From a virus: a DNA stretch of 30,371 bases. The notes beneath the pieces are model-generated. The model searched no databases, had not been told where the DNA came from, and saw only the letters and a list, made by a program, of their open reading frames with translations. The stretch's first letter is position 1. Every line of letters starts with the position of its first letter. Positions 1 through 6,787 of the stretch are shown here, in pieces. A program made the translations under genes and the position numbers. The stretch lies in IMG/VR virus record IMGVR_UViG_2870879507_000003. The stretch is one strand, 5' to 3'.

Positions 1-387
1 ATGACCGACCTCACGACGTACGATCCCGACCCCGAAATCAAGCGGCTCATTGCACAGCGACGCAAAGCACTCGCGTCCCACACGGTCCAGATGGACGCGG
101 CGAACACCCATCGCAACGACGACGGCGAGTTGGTCCAGGAGCGGACGATCCGCTCCCAGCAGGGCCACAGCTCGACGGTCGAGACCAACCTCTCGGAGCT
201 GTACCGGCCGGCCCCTTCGACGACGACGGACGTCGAGACCCTCGTTATCGAAGCGGAGCTCGCGGCCGACGAGGATATTGAGACGCCGGCCAACCCGCAC
301 GTCCCGAAGTCCGAGGACGTGCTCGACCGCGCTCGCGAGCGCCTGGACGAGCTGGACCTCGACCCCGCCTGGGAGGTGGACGGATGA
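1..387 (+). CDS. Hypothetical acidic protein
   Basis: ORF with D/E-rich halophile composition; stop overlaps next ATG (ATGA 384-387). Confidence 0.6.
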   Translation: MTDLTTYDPDPEIKRLIAQRRKALASHTVQMDAANTHRNDDGELVQERTIRSQQGHSSTVETNLSELYRPAPSTTTDVETLVIEAELAADEDIETPANPHVPKSEDVLDRARERLDELDLDPAWEVDG

Positions 388-701
388 GCCACAGTGCCGA
401 CAAGCACCCCAACGACCCGACTCGGGGCCCGCGCCTGGATATCGACGAGGCTCGCGAACAGATCCTCGAGGCGGTCGAGCAGGCCATCGCGGCCGGCGAT
501 ACGGATGCGGGCAACGGCGGGGTGCGGGGCGAGCACGTTGCCAAATACCTCGATACCGAGCACGAACCGGCCACGGTCGACGACCACCTCAATGCGCTCG
601 CGAAGGCCGGCAAGCTCAGACGTGTCTGGGGCGTCCCGGAAGGCGGCCGGCCGCGACACTCGTACCGCCCGACTGACGGTACGGAGGGCGATGACTCATG
701 A
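384..701 (+). CDS. Winged helix-turn-helix DNA-binding protein
   Basis: REQILEAV...GEHVAKYL...TVDDHLNALAKAGKLRRVWGV...SY pattern of a wHTH with beta wing; ATGA overlaps both sides. Confidence 0.62.
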   Translation: MSHSADKHPNDPTRGPRLDIDEAREQILEAVEQAIAAGDTDAGNGGVRGEHVAKYLDTEHEPATVDDHLNALAKAGKLRRVWGVPEGGRPRHSYRPTDGTEGDDS

Positions 702-2125
702 GTGATAGCTCTACAGACGATAGTGAACGATCGTGGGTTAACGACATCCACCAAGGCGACGCTGCCGAGACACTGGCTGATATGCCCGAGTCGTCGGTCC
801 ACATGGCGATGTGCTCGCCCCCGTACTTCGGTCTCCGAGACTACGGCGTCGACGGACAGATCGGACTGGAAGACTCCCTCGACGAGTTCATCGGCGAACT
901 TCTCGGCGTCGCGAGCGAGCTACGGCGCGTCCTTCGCGAGGACGGTTCTTGGTGGCTCAATCTCGGCGACTCGTTCGCCGGATCGTGGGGCGCCCAGTCG
1001 AAGGACGATGAGGCGAACCACCGCGACCGGGACGCCTACCCTGGAAAGAACCCGGCACGAAGCGGGACGCTCCGCCGGAAGTCGAAGATGCTCGTCCCGC
1101 ACCGCGTCGCGATCGCTCTCGAGGACGCCGGCTGGATTGTCCGGTCGGACGCGGTGTGGTCGAAGCCAAACCCGATGCCGCACCCGGTGAAGGACCGGCT
1201 CCACGAACACAAGGAGTTTCTGTTCCACCTGACGCCGGAGCCGGACTACTGGTTCGACCTTGACGCCATCCGAGAGCCGCACAAGGAGTCGTCGCTGCAG
1301 CGCCGCGAGCGCCACGACTTCAACGATTCCGGGACCGACGCCGATGCGTATCCAGGGAACGAGGATGACGAGTACATCGGCACCGAGCCCGAGGACGCGC
1401 TCCAACCGAACGGGAAGAACCCCGGCGACGTGCTGGAGATTCCGGTCAAGGCGTTTCCCGAAGCCCACTTCGCCGTCTACCCGCCGGAGCTGTGCGAGGC
1501 GCCGATTAAGTCCTCGTGCCCAGATCAGGTTTGCGCCGAGTGCGGGACACCCTACGAGCGTATCGTCGAGGTCATCCGGCCCTGGGAGGTCGAAGATCCA
1601 GACCGGGACCAGCTTCGGCGCGCGCAGGAGCTTGCTGAGCAGGCTGGTTTGACGCCCGACCACTACGACGCAATCCAGTCGGTCGGGATCAACGACGAGG
1701 AGTACGGCCAATTGACGATCGGCGGAGGAGACAACACTCCAGAGACGGTCAAGCTCGCAGCCGAGGCGAAAGATGCTCTCGGCGCGTATTTCCGGGAGTT
1801 CCTCACGAATCAGTACGAACCGACTGCGGAGTTCGAGCAAGCCTGCGACTGCGAGACCGACGAGACCAAGGCCGGCATCGTCCTCGATCCGTTCGCCGGC
1901 GCCGGAACGACTTGCATGGTCGCGAAGGACCTCGGCCGCCGGTTCATCGGGATCGACCTGAACCCGGACTACGTCGCCCTCGCTCAGAAGCGCGTCGGCG
2001 TGACCGTCGACGAACCTGGGCGTCTAACCGAGGACGACGCCCAGACGACTTTGGTTCAGACCGACGGCGGGCGCAACGATCGCTCAGTAGACACGGAGAG
2101 TTCTCAATCCGGAGGTGGGTCGTGA
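698..2125 (+). CDS. DNA amino-methyltransferase (N4-C/N6-A, beta class) with about 107-aa inserted domain
   Basis: Catalytic SPPY near N-terminus (MCSPPYFGLRDY), WSKPNPMP..VKDR, HFAVYPPEL, and C-terminal SAM motif VLDPFAGAGTT...RRFIGIDLNPDY. Confidence 0.93.
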   Translation: MSDSSTDDSERSWVNDIHQGDAAETLADMPESSVHMAMCSPPYFGLRDYGVDGQIGLEDSLDEFIGELLGVASELRRVLREDGSWWLNLGDSFAGSWGAQSKDDEANHRDRDAYPGKNPARSGTLRRKSKMLVPHRVAIALEDAGWIVRSDAVWSKPNPMPHPVKDRLHEHKEFLFHLTPEPDYWFDLDAIREPHKESSLQRRERHDFNDSGTDADAYPGNEDDEYIGTEPEDALQPNGKNPGDVLEIPVKAFPEAHFAVYPPELCEAPIKSSCPDQVCAECGTPYERIVEVIRPWEVEDPDRDQLRRAQELAEQAGLTPDHYDAIQSVGINDEEYGQLTIGGGDNTPETVKLAAEAKDALGAYFREFLTNQYEPTAEFEQACDCETDETKAGIVLDPFAGAGTTCMVAKDLGRRFIGIDLNPDYVALAQKRVGVTVDEPGRLTEDDAQTTLVQTDGGRNDRSVDTESSQSGGGS

Positions 2126-2304
2126 TGCCGGACCAGGACGTCTACGCCGGCGCGACCAACGACGACGGCATCATCGAGCACGTGTGCGAGCGTGTTGATC
2201 GGCAGTACACCGATCGAGATCTCCGGATTGTCGAGGCGTTGATGGGCCGCGGGAGTGGTCGCCAGCACGCACTCGGCGATTTTGGCGGAGGTGACGGGCA
2301 GTGA
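2125..2304 (+). CDS. Small hypothetical protein (59 aa, MPDQDVYAGATNDDG...)
   Basis: ATG at 2125 overlaps MTase stop (TGATG) with GGAGGT upstream; in frame with track ORF 1912-2304. Confidence 0.55.
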   Translation: MPDQDVYAGATNDDGIIEHVCERVDRQYTDRDLRIVEALMGRGSGRQHALGDFGGGDGQ

Positions 2305-2522
2305 TCCACGATCCCGACACCTGCCAGGACTGTGGGCGCGATCTCCGCGTTCGCAGCCACGCGCCCGACTGTCCCCAGTTGGTCGTGCGGTGTGAGGGCT
2401 GTGGGCGGCGCGTTCCCCAGGGTGTGGCCGACCAGATCGACATCTCGCCGGAAGACGAGTATTACCCGGAGTTCGTACATGTGTGCCCTGGATGCGGGGG
2501 CGACGGGGGTGCGTCGGCATGA
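2301..2522 (+). CDS. Zinc-finger micro-protein (CPxCG-like)
   Basis: CQDCG, CEGCG, CPGCG motifs in 73 aa; GGAGGTGA upstream; GTGA overlap. Confidence 0.7.
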   Translation: MIHDPDTCQDCGRDLRVRSHAPDCPQLVVRCEGCGRRVPQGVADQIDISPEDEYYPEFVHVCPGCGGDGGASA

Positions 2523-2866
2523 GCACGGACCGCCAGCAGCGCAAGCGCCGCTACGAACGCGTCCTCTCAACGATCGCCCACAACACCACTGAAAAGCAAC
2601 CGCCGGGCATCCGGCCCGGACAGATCGCGACACATCTTGTCAGCTACGGGCCGCTTTCCCGCGAGGGCGTGGATACGGTCCTGCAGGCCGCCCACGAGAA
2701 CGACGACATCGTCCGCTGGCGAGACAGTGAGGGCCAGACACGCGTCACGCTGGCGACCGAGCCCGACCTCGAGCGGTTGGCTGTCCACCTCGCCGAGGAG
2801 GTCCAGGATTCCGAGCAGGTCGGGCGGGTCAACACGCGACTGCAGGAGGTGCGCGCGGATGAGTAA
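2519..2866 (+). CDS. Hypothetical protein (MSTDRQQRKRRYERVL...), possibly wHTH-like
   Basis: ATG at 2519 overlapping previous stop; helical pattern followed by beta hairpin (DIVRW...TRVTL). Confidence 0.65.
   Translation: MSTDRQQRKRRYERVLSTIAHNTTEKQPPGIRPGQIATHLVSYGPLSREGVDTVLQAAHENDDIVRWRDSEGQTRVTLATEPDLERLAVHLAEEVQDSEQVGRVNTRLQEVRADE
2843..2861 (+). repeat. 19-bp direct repeat CAGGAGGTGCGCGCGGATG, copy 1 (gene junction)
   Basis: Identical to 3198-3216; contains SD GGAGGT and the next start codon. Confidence 0.9.
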
Positions 2867-3221
2867 CCTCGGCGACTTCGGCGCTGGCGTCCCGCCGGAA
2901 AAGCAAGCTGACAAGCAACCCGCTCCGGACGATCGTAGCGAGCGCGCCAAGCAGCGCCGCCGACTCTACCGCATCGGCCGCTGTCGAGCCATATCCAAAT
3001 CGAAGGGGACGCGCTGCGGGGCTGGTATTCTCGACAGCACAGACGGCCCCTTCTGTTACTACCACGGCCTCGAAGCCGATTCCCCGGTCGAAAACGCCCC
3101 GACGACGATCGACGACGCACCGGATGTCCTTGCTCGGTGGTGTGGGGTACGGCGCACGGCAAAAGAGGAGATCCCGGCCCGTGTCTGGGCTGCAGTCCAG
3201 GAGGTGCGCGCGGATGCCTGA
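2859..3221 (+). CDS. Hypothetical protein with Cys/His motif (GRCRA...RC...FCYYHG)
   Basis: ATG at 2859 after GGAGGT; in frame with track ORF 2637-3221. Confidence 0.68.
   Translation: MSNLGDFGAGVPPEKQADKQPAPDDRSERAKQRRRLYRIGRCRAISKSKGTRCGAGILDSTDGPFCYYHGLEADSPVENAPTTIDDAPDVLARWCGVRRTAKEEIPARVWAAVQEVRADA
3198..3216 (+). repeat. 19-bp direct repeat CAGGAGGTGCGCGCGGATG, copy 2
   Basis: Identical to 2843-2861. Confidence 0.9.
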
Positions 3222-3435
3222 CTCTTGGAAAGACCGCTGGCGCGACCACAAGCAGGAGACAGGTTTGACGTGGGACGAGTACCACAGAAAATACTTTCAG
3301 CACGAGCGGGAGACCGAGGACCTCCGCGACAGCGTCGCACGACTCGACGAGCACGTCCAGGCCGTCACCGAGGCCTACGACGAGTTGCGCCAGGAGCTGT
3401 GGGAGGTCCGGACGCTCATGGAGGGGAATAAATGA
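3214..3435 (+). CDS. Small coiled-coil protein (MPDSWKDRW...)
   Basis: ATG at 3214 after GGAGGT; heptad pattern LRDSVARLDEHVQAVTEAYDELRQEL. Confidence 0.62.
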   Translation: MPDSWKDRWRDHKQETGLTWDEYHRKYFQHERETEDLRDSVARLDEHVQAVTEAYDELRQELWEVRTLMEGNK

Positions 3436-3749
3436 TTAAAACCCACACTGGAATAGCGGAACTGTCGGTCCATAAAGACGGCCCCAAAACCGCCGTCGTA
3501 TATCGGACTGTGAACGACGACGTGATAGTTGCGAAAGGAGGCGGGATGTGCGAAGCGCTTGCGATGATGGCAAATGAAGTGGGCGCTTTCCCCCTCCAAT
3601 TTGACTATCCTGACGAACTGAACTTGGAGCCGGCAGTAGCTGAGAAAGGCAGCACGTCGATCGAGCGTTTCGAGGAACCCGCCAGTCCCGAATTGGACTT
3701 TGATGCGCCAGCAACACCGCCGTTCAAAAATGGTGGTGATGACGAATGA
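3432..3749 (+). CDS. Hypothetical protein, AT-richer than neighbours; weak HicB-like pattern
   Basis: ATGA overlaps both ends; VAKGGGMCEALAMMANEV loosely resembles the HicB G.T.EEAL.n..eA helix. Confidence 0.5.
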   Translation: MIKTHTGIAELSVHKDGPKTAVVYRTVNDDVIVAKGGGMCEALAMMANEVGAFPLQFDYPDELNLEPAVAEKGSTSIERFEEPASPELDFDAPATPPFKNGGDDE

Positions 3750-3955
3750 CGCCAAAACATACCAGTTCTGGCCCGTCGCGCCAGCTCTCAATCGGCGATG
3801 GCTGCCCGGAGTGTGGTCGCACCGTCACCGAGATCACGGCTGGCGGTCTCCTGGCGTACTGTTGGTGGTGTAACGACCGGACGACAAAGGTAGGGCGGGA
3901 ACACACGCGGGTGTCCACTGCCGAGACGCCGGGCGACGGAGGCGGTGGCGCATGA
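3746..3955 (+). CDS. Zinc-finger micro-protein
   Basis: CPECG and CWWC pairs; ATGA overlaps. Confidence 0.55.
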   Translation: MTPKHTSSGPSRQLSIGDGCPECGRTVTEITAGGLLAYCWWCNDRTTKVGREHTRVSTAETPGDGGGGA

Positions 3956-4053
3956 CCTGCCCGAACTGCCAGAGCGACCACGTCCATCCCGAGGGCGGGT
4001 GTCCATACTGTCCCGAGTGCGGGTGGAGCAAGTGCGGGGGTGGGCGGGCGTGA
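3952..4053 (+). CDS. 33-aa zinc-ribbon micro-protein MTCPNCQSDHVHPEGGCPYCPECGWSKCGGGRA (not in ORF track)
   Basis: ATG 3952 overlaps previous TGA, GGAGG upstream, TGA 4051-4053; five Cys in CPxC..GC..CPECG.SKC. Confidence 0.55.
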   Translation: MTCPNCQSDHVHPEGGCPYCPECGWSKCGGGRA

Positions 4054-4243
4054 GCACCCCCAGCCACATGACCACACCTTCTGGAGCGCCCCCTGCCGCT
4101 GCGGGCACAGTGTCCTGCAGCCCGTCAAGCGGACCCGCATGGAGGGCCGGGGTGTCTGGATCCGGTGCATCGAGTGCGACCAGATCAACTGGGCGACCGA
4201 CATCGCGGGCCAGCGCAAGGACATCCGGGAGGACTGGCGATGA
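4040..4243 (+). CDS. Small Cys-motif protein (CRCG...CIEC)
   Basis: GTG start uncertain; stop overlaps ATG of GNAT gene. Confidence 0.45.
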   Translation: MGGREHPQPHDHTFWSAPCRCGHSVLQPVKRTRMEGRGVWIRCIECDQINWATDIAGQRKDIREDWR

Positions 4244-4893
4244 GCATGGCCGCCACGACTGACACATCGCGGACGACAGATCCGATCACTGTCCAGGCCG
4301 CCACCGACCTCTCCGACCTCCGCGATGTCGCCCGGCAGTGGCATCATTGGTTCGGCGCAGAGTACACTCACAACAGCCTACCCCGCCCACTCGCGAGGAT
4401 CGCCGGCTGGCTCGACGAAGACGAACCGCCACTCGACGCTCTGGCCGTCGTCGCCAAACACGGCCCTGTCTCGGTAGGCTGGGGCCTCGTCATCTACGAC
4501 AGCCGCGAGGAGACGATCGACGAACTCCCACCTGGGTCATACGATGCTGAGGCGCTCGTGACTGGTCCCTCGGGTTGGCTCGTGCTGGGCGTCGTCGATC
4601 GAGCCTGGCGCGGGCGCGGGATCGGCCGCCGGCTGTTCGAGCACCGTCTCGCGTGGCTCGCCGACAAAGACCCCGCGGTCGTCGTCGGGATGAGCTGGGA
4701 TCGCGACGGCCCCACGTCCCGGCCGCTATTCGAGAGCAACGGATTCCACCCAATCCAATCTTACCCGGGCTTCTACGGGACGGAGATGTCTAACCGCACG
4801 GCCTGCCCGGACTGTGGGGCGACGCCGAGTAACGATGTGTCGTGTGGCTGTGACGCGACGCTGTGGGCGATCGACGGCGGTGATTTGACATGA
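4240..4893 (+). CDS. GNAT family N-acetyltransferase with C-terminal Cys motif
   Basis: Acetyl-CoA motif A VVDRAWRGRGIGRRL, motif B SRPLFESNGF; CPDCG...CGC tail; ATG at 4240. Confidence 0.85.
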   Translation: MSMAATTDTSRTTDPITVQAATDLSDLRDVARQWHHWFGAEYTHNSLPRPLARIAGWLDEDEPPLDALAVVAKHGPVSVGWGLVIYDSREETIDELPPGSYDAEALVTGPSGWLVLGVVDRAWRGRGIGRRLFEHRLAWLADKDPAVVVGMSWDRDGPTSRPLFESNGFHPIQSYPGFYGTEMSNRTACPDCGATPSNDVSCGCDATLWAIDGGDLT

Positions 4894-5135
4894 GCAACAC
4901 CGAGCCGTTCCCGATCGAGGACGATCGCGTCGAAGCACTCCCACACTCGGACAAGCTGGTCTACCTCGCGCTGCAACACCAGGGCCCGGCGACCCGCTCG
5001 GAACTCGTCCACGCGACGGGCGTCTCCCCGCGGACGGTCTCGGACGCGCTGGACCGTCTCGCCGAGGCTGGCGTCGTCGAGTGTCGCCCCCACACCGACG
5101 ATGGGCGCAAGCACTGCTACGGCCTGGCCGATTGA
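4890..5135 (+). CDS. Archaeal HTH transcriptional regulator (TrmB/MarR-like wHTH)
   Basis: LPHSDKLVYLAL..GPATRSEL...TGVSPRTVSDALDRLAEAGVV...DGRKHCY matches the common haloarchaeal small wHTH pattern. Confidence 0.85.
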   Translation: MSNTEPFPIEDDRVEALPHSDKLVYLALQHQGPATRSELVHATGVSPRTVSDALDRLAEAGVVECRPHTDDGRKHCYGLAD

Positions 5136-5142
5136 TGCGAGA

Positions 5143-5165
5143 TCCGCACGAACGCGGAGGTTTTT
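5143..5165 (+). terminator. Putative terminator of the early gene chain
   Basis: TCCGC-ACGAAC-GCGGA hairpin then TTTTT right after the HTH stop. Confidence 0.4.
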
Positions 5166-5176
5166 GGGTCGTTGGG

Positions 5177-5190
5177 CCAACCTTTAACAC
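5177..5190 (+). promoter_or_regulatory. Putative archaeal BRE/TATA promoter for downstream (late) transcription
   Basis: CCAACCTTTAACAC: AT-rich TTTAAC box in the 5136-5259 non-coding gap. Confidence 0.4.
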
Positions 5191-5259
5191 AGAGCACTCT
5201 ACCCCAGCGTCCGCCGAACCGTCTCGAAACCGAGGCGATCCCGTAGTTGACCGTTTCTC

Positions 5260-5847
5260 ATGAGCGTCACCGTCGTCCCAAAGCCGACAGCACAGGAGCC
5301 GACCAGCCACGAGCCCGCCCACCGCAGAGCGCTCGCGCGCTTCGACGAGCTGCTGTTCGCGAACCCGGAGATCTGCAGTCACTGCTTCTCGCGGATCCGG
5401 GACGAACAGACGACCGACTCCGATTCGTGGGGCTCCGGCCGGCAACCCGATTCCGTCATGGAGCGCGCTGGCCAGGGCACGCTCGGCCAGGATGTCGAGT
5501 TCAAAAACGAGTACGGGAGCAAGCGCCACTACCGGGCGCGGACCTACTGCGATCACTGTGGGAGTCCTGGCGGGGCGGCGATCGGCACGCACGACCACAG
5601 CCATCAGTCGGCGATGGACTGCGTCTACAACATCGCTCGCCGCTTGCACGAGATGGGCTATTACCCCGACCTGCAGACACTGTGGGGCGTCGTCGCGTCG
5701 TTCAAACAGGACCCGGACAAGCAGGGCCGGGATCGCCAACTGTTCGCGACCGCCGTCCACCTGGCGCTGGAGCGCGGTAGCAAAGCCCCGGACACGCCGC
5801 TGAACCTACGCTACGAGACGCCCCCCGAACTCCGGAGGCCTCCATGA
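5260..5847 (+). CDS. Hypothetical protein with two CxxC motifs (possible Zn-binding regulator)
   Basis: CSHC and CDHCG; typical codon usage; ATGA overlap with next gene. Confidence 0.72.
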   Translation: MSVTVVPKPTAQEPTSHEPAHRRALARFDELLFANPEICSHCFSRIRDEQTTDSDSWGSGRQPDSVMERAGQGTLGQDVEFKNEYGSKRHYRARTYCDHCGSPGGAAIGTHDHSHQSAMDCVYNIARRLHEMGYYPDLQTLWGVVASFKQDPDKQGRDRQLFATAVHLALERGSKAPDTPLNLRYETPPELRRPP

Positions 5848-6041
5848 GCATCCAACCCGCCCCGCGACTGTCCCACCAACCGCTCGCCCAGATCGGCGAG
5901 CGCGTCGAAGCGGAGACCCAGCTCGGGACGGTCACGGGCACGGTCACCGCGATCCGCCAGACTTGCGACGCGATCCAGGGGCCCCGACACGTCTATGTGA
6001 TCGACGAGGCTCTGCAGGTCTACGGTGACGCACTGCGCTGA
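5844..6041 (+). CDS. Small hypothetical beta-rich protein
   Basis: ATGA overlap; IGERVEAET..GTVTGTVTAI is suggestive of an SH3-like barrel. Confidence 0.5.
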   Translation: MSIQPAPRLSHQPLAQIGERVEAETQLGTVTGTVTAIRQTCDAIQGPRHVYVIDEALQVYGDALR

Positions 6042-6045
6042 GTCC

Positions 6046-6118
6046 GGACTCGTAGCGCAACCGGGAGCGCACCCGCCTGAAGACGGGGCAATCGGCGGTT
6101 CGAATCCGTCCGGGTCCA
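6046..6118 (+). tRNA. tRNA-Phe(GAA), virus-encoded, with atypical anticodon stem
   Basis: Acceptor GGACTCG/CGGGTCC+A; D arm GCGC-AACCGGGA-GCGC; anticodon loop CT-GAA-GA; T arm GGCGG-TTCGAAT-CCGTC; 73 nt; G30.G40 and C31.C39 mismatches. Confidence 0.75.
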
Positions 6119-6120
6119 CT

Positions 6121-6137
6121 GCGGCCACGGTGGCCGC
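6121..6137. repeat. Perfect inverted repeat GCGGCCAC-G-GTGGCCGC just 3' of the tRNA
   Basis: 8-bp arms, 1-nt spacer, read directly. Confidence 0.75.
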
Positions 6138-6245
6138 GCGCATCGCACGCCAACCAGCGATCCCATCCTCCCGACTCAGGACCGCGCACAATCGTATCGC
6201 CAGCGTAGCGACCTCGCGTACTCCATCCACATCGTCGGGTCCCTT

Positions 6246-6315
6246 GCGGGTCGTTCCTGTCGTAGCACGGACGCAGGCTTCCCACGGCCTGGCGGGGTTC
6301 GATCCCCCGCCTGCG
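6246..6315 (+). ncRNA. Degenerate tRNA-like element (Gly CCC-like)
   Basis: T arm CGGGG-TTCGATC-CCCCG; arm CAGGC-TTCCCACG-GCCTG with CCC in an 8-nt loop; only a 5-bp GCGGG/CCTGC acceptor and an irregular D arm. Confidence 0.35.
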
Positions 6316-6348
6316 ACCTTTCCATGACTGCTGGAGGCACCACCACCG

Positions 6349-6621
6349 ATGAGTGAGTTGACCGACCTGTTCATCCAACTGGCCGAGGCATGGGGGTGGG
6401 GCTTGCTTATCTTCGGCTTCCTGCTGTATCAGTTCTACTGGCCGCGATGGCTGCACCCCTCGCAAACGAAACTCCAATCGGCGTTCGCGAAGTTCCACGT
6501 CCTCGGTGTCGTCGTCGAGGCGATCGCCGAGGAGATCGAGGACATCGACGAGGACCAAGTCCACGACGTCTTTGAAGACAACGGCTACGGCCCTGACGAT
6601 TTCAAACATCCAGGAGATTAA
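6349..6621 (+). CDS. Small membrane protein, holin-like by size and topology
   Basis: Hydrophobic WGWGLLIFGFLLYQFYW segment, acidic C-terminus; GGAGG upstream. Confidence 0.65.
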   Translation: MSELTDLFIQLAEAWGWGLLIFGFLLYQFYWPRWLHPSQTKLQSAFAKFHVLGVVVEAIAEEIEDIDEDQVHDVFEDNGYGPDDFKHPGD

Positions 6622-6622
6622 C

Positions 6623-6787
6623 ATGAACGACATCAACCTACTCCTGCTTGGCGTGGCGCTGGGTGCGATCCCGAGTGCCACGCTCGGCCGGATCATGGTC
6701 GCCGCGCTCGCCAAGTGGGCCGGCGTCAAGCCCCGCGAGATCGCCGAGTACAGCGACGCGACAGACGGCGACGCGGAGGGGTCGTAA
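6623..6787 (+). CDS. Small membrane protein (MNDINLLLLGVALG..., 54 aa)
   Basis: ATG 6623 after GGAGA; hydrophobic N-terminal half. Confidence 0.62.
   Translation: MNDINLLLLGVALGAIPSATLGRIMVAALAKWAGVKPREIAEYSDATDGDAEGS

Noticed and set aside
6046-6118. tRNA as prophage attachment site
   Set aside because: Sits between co-oriented viral genes in mid-element, with no integrase or duplicated 3' fragment in the window
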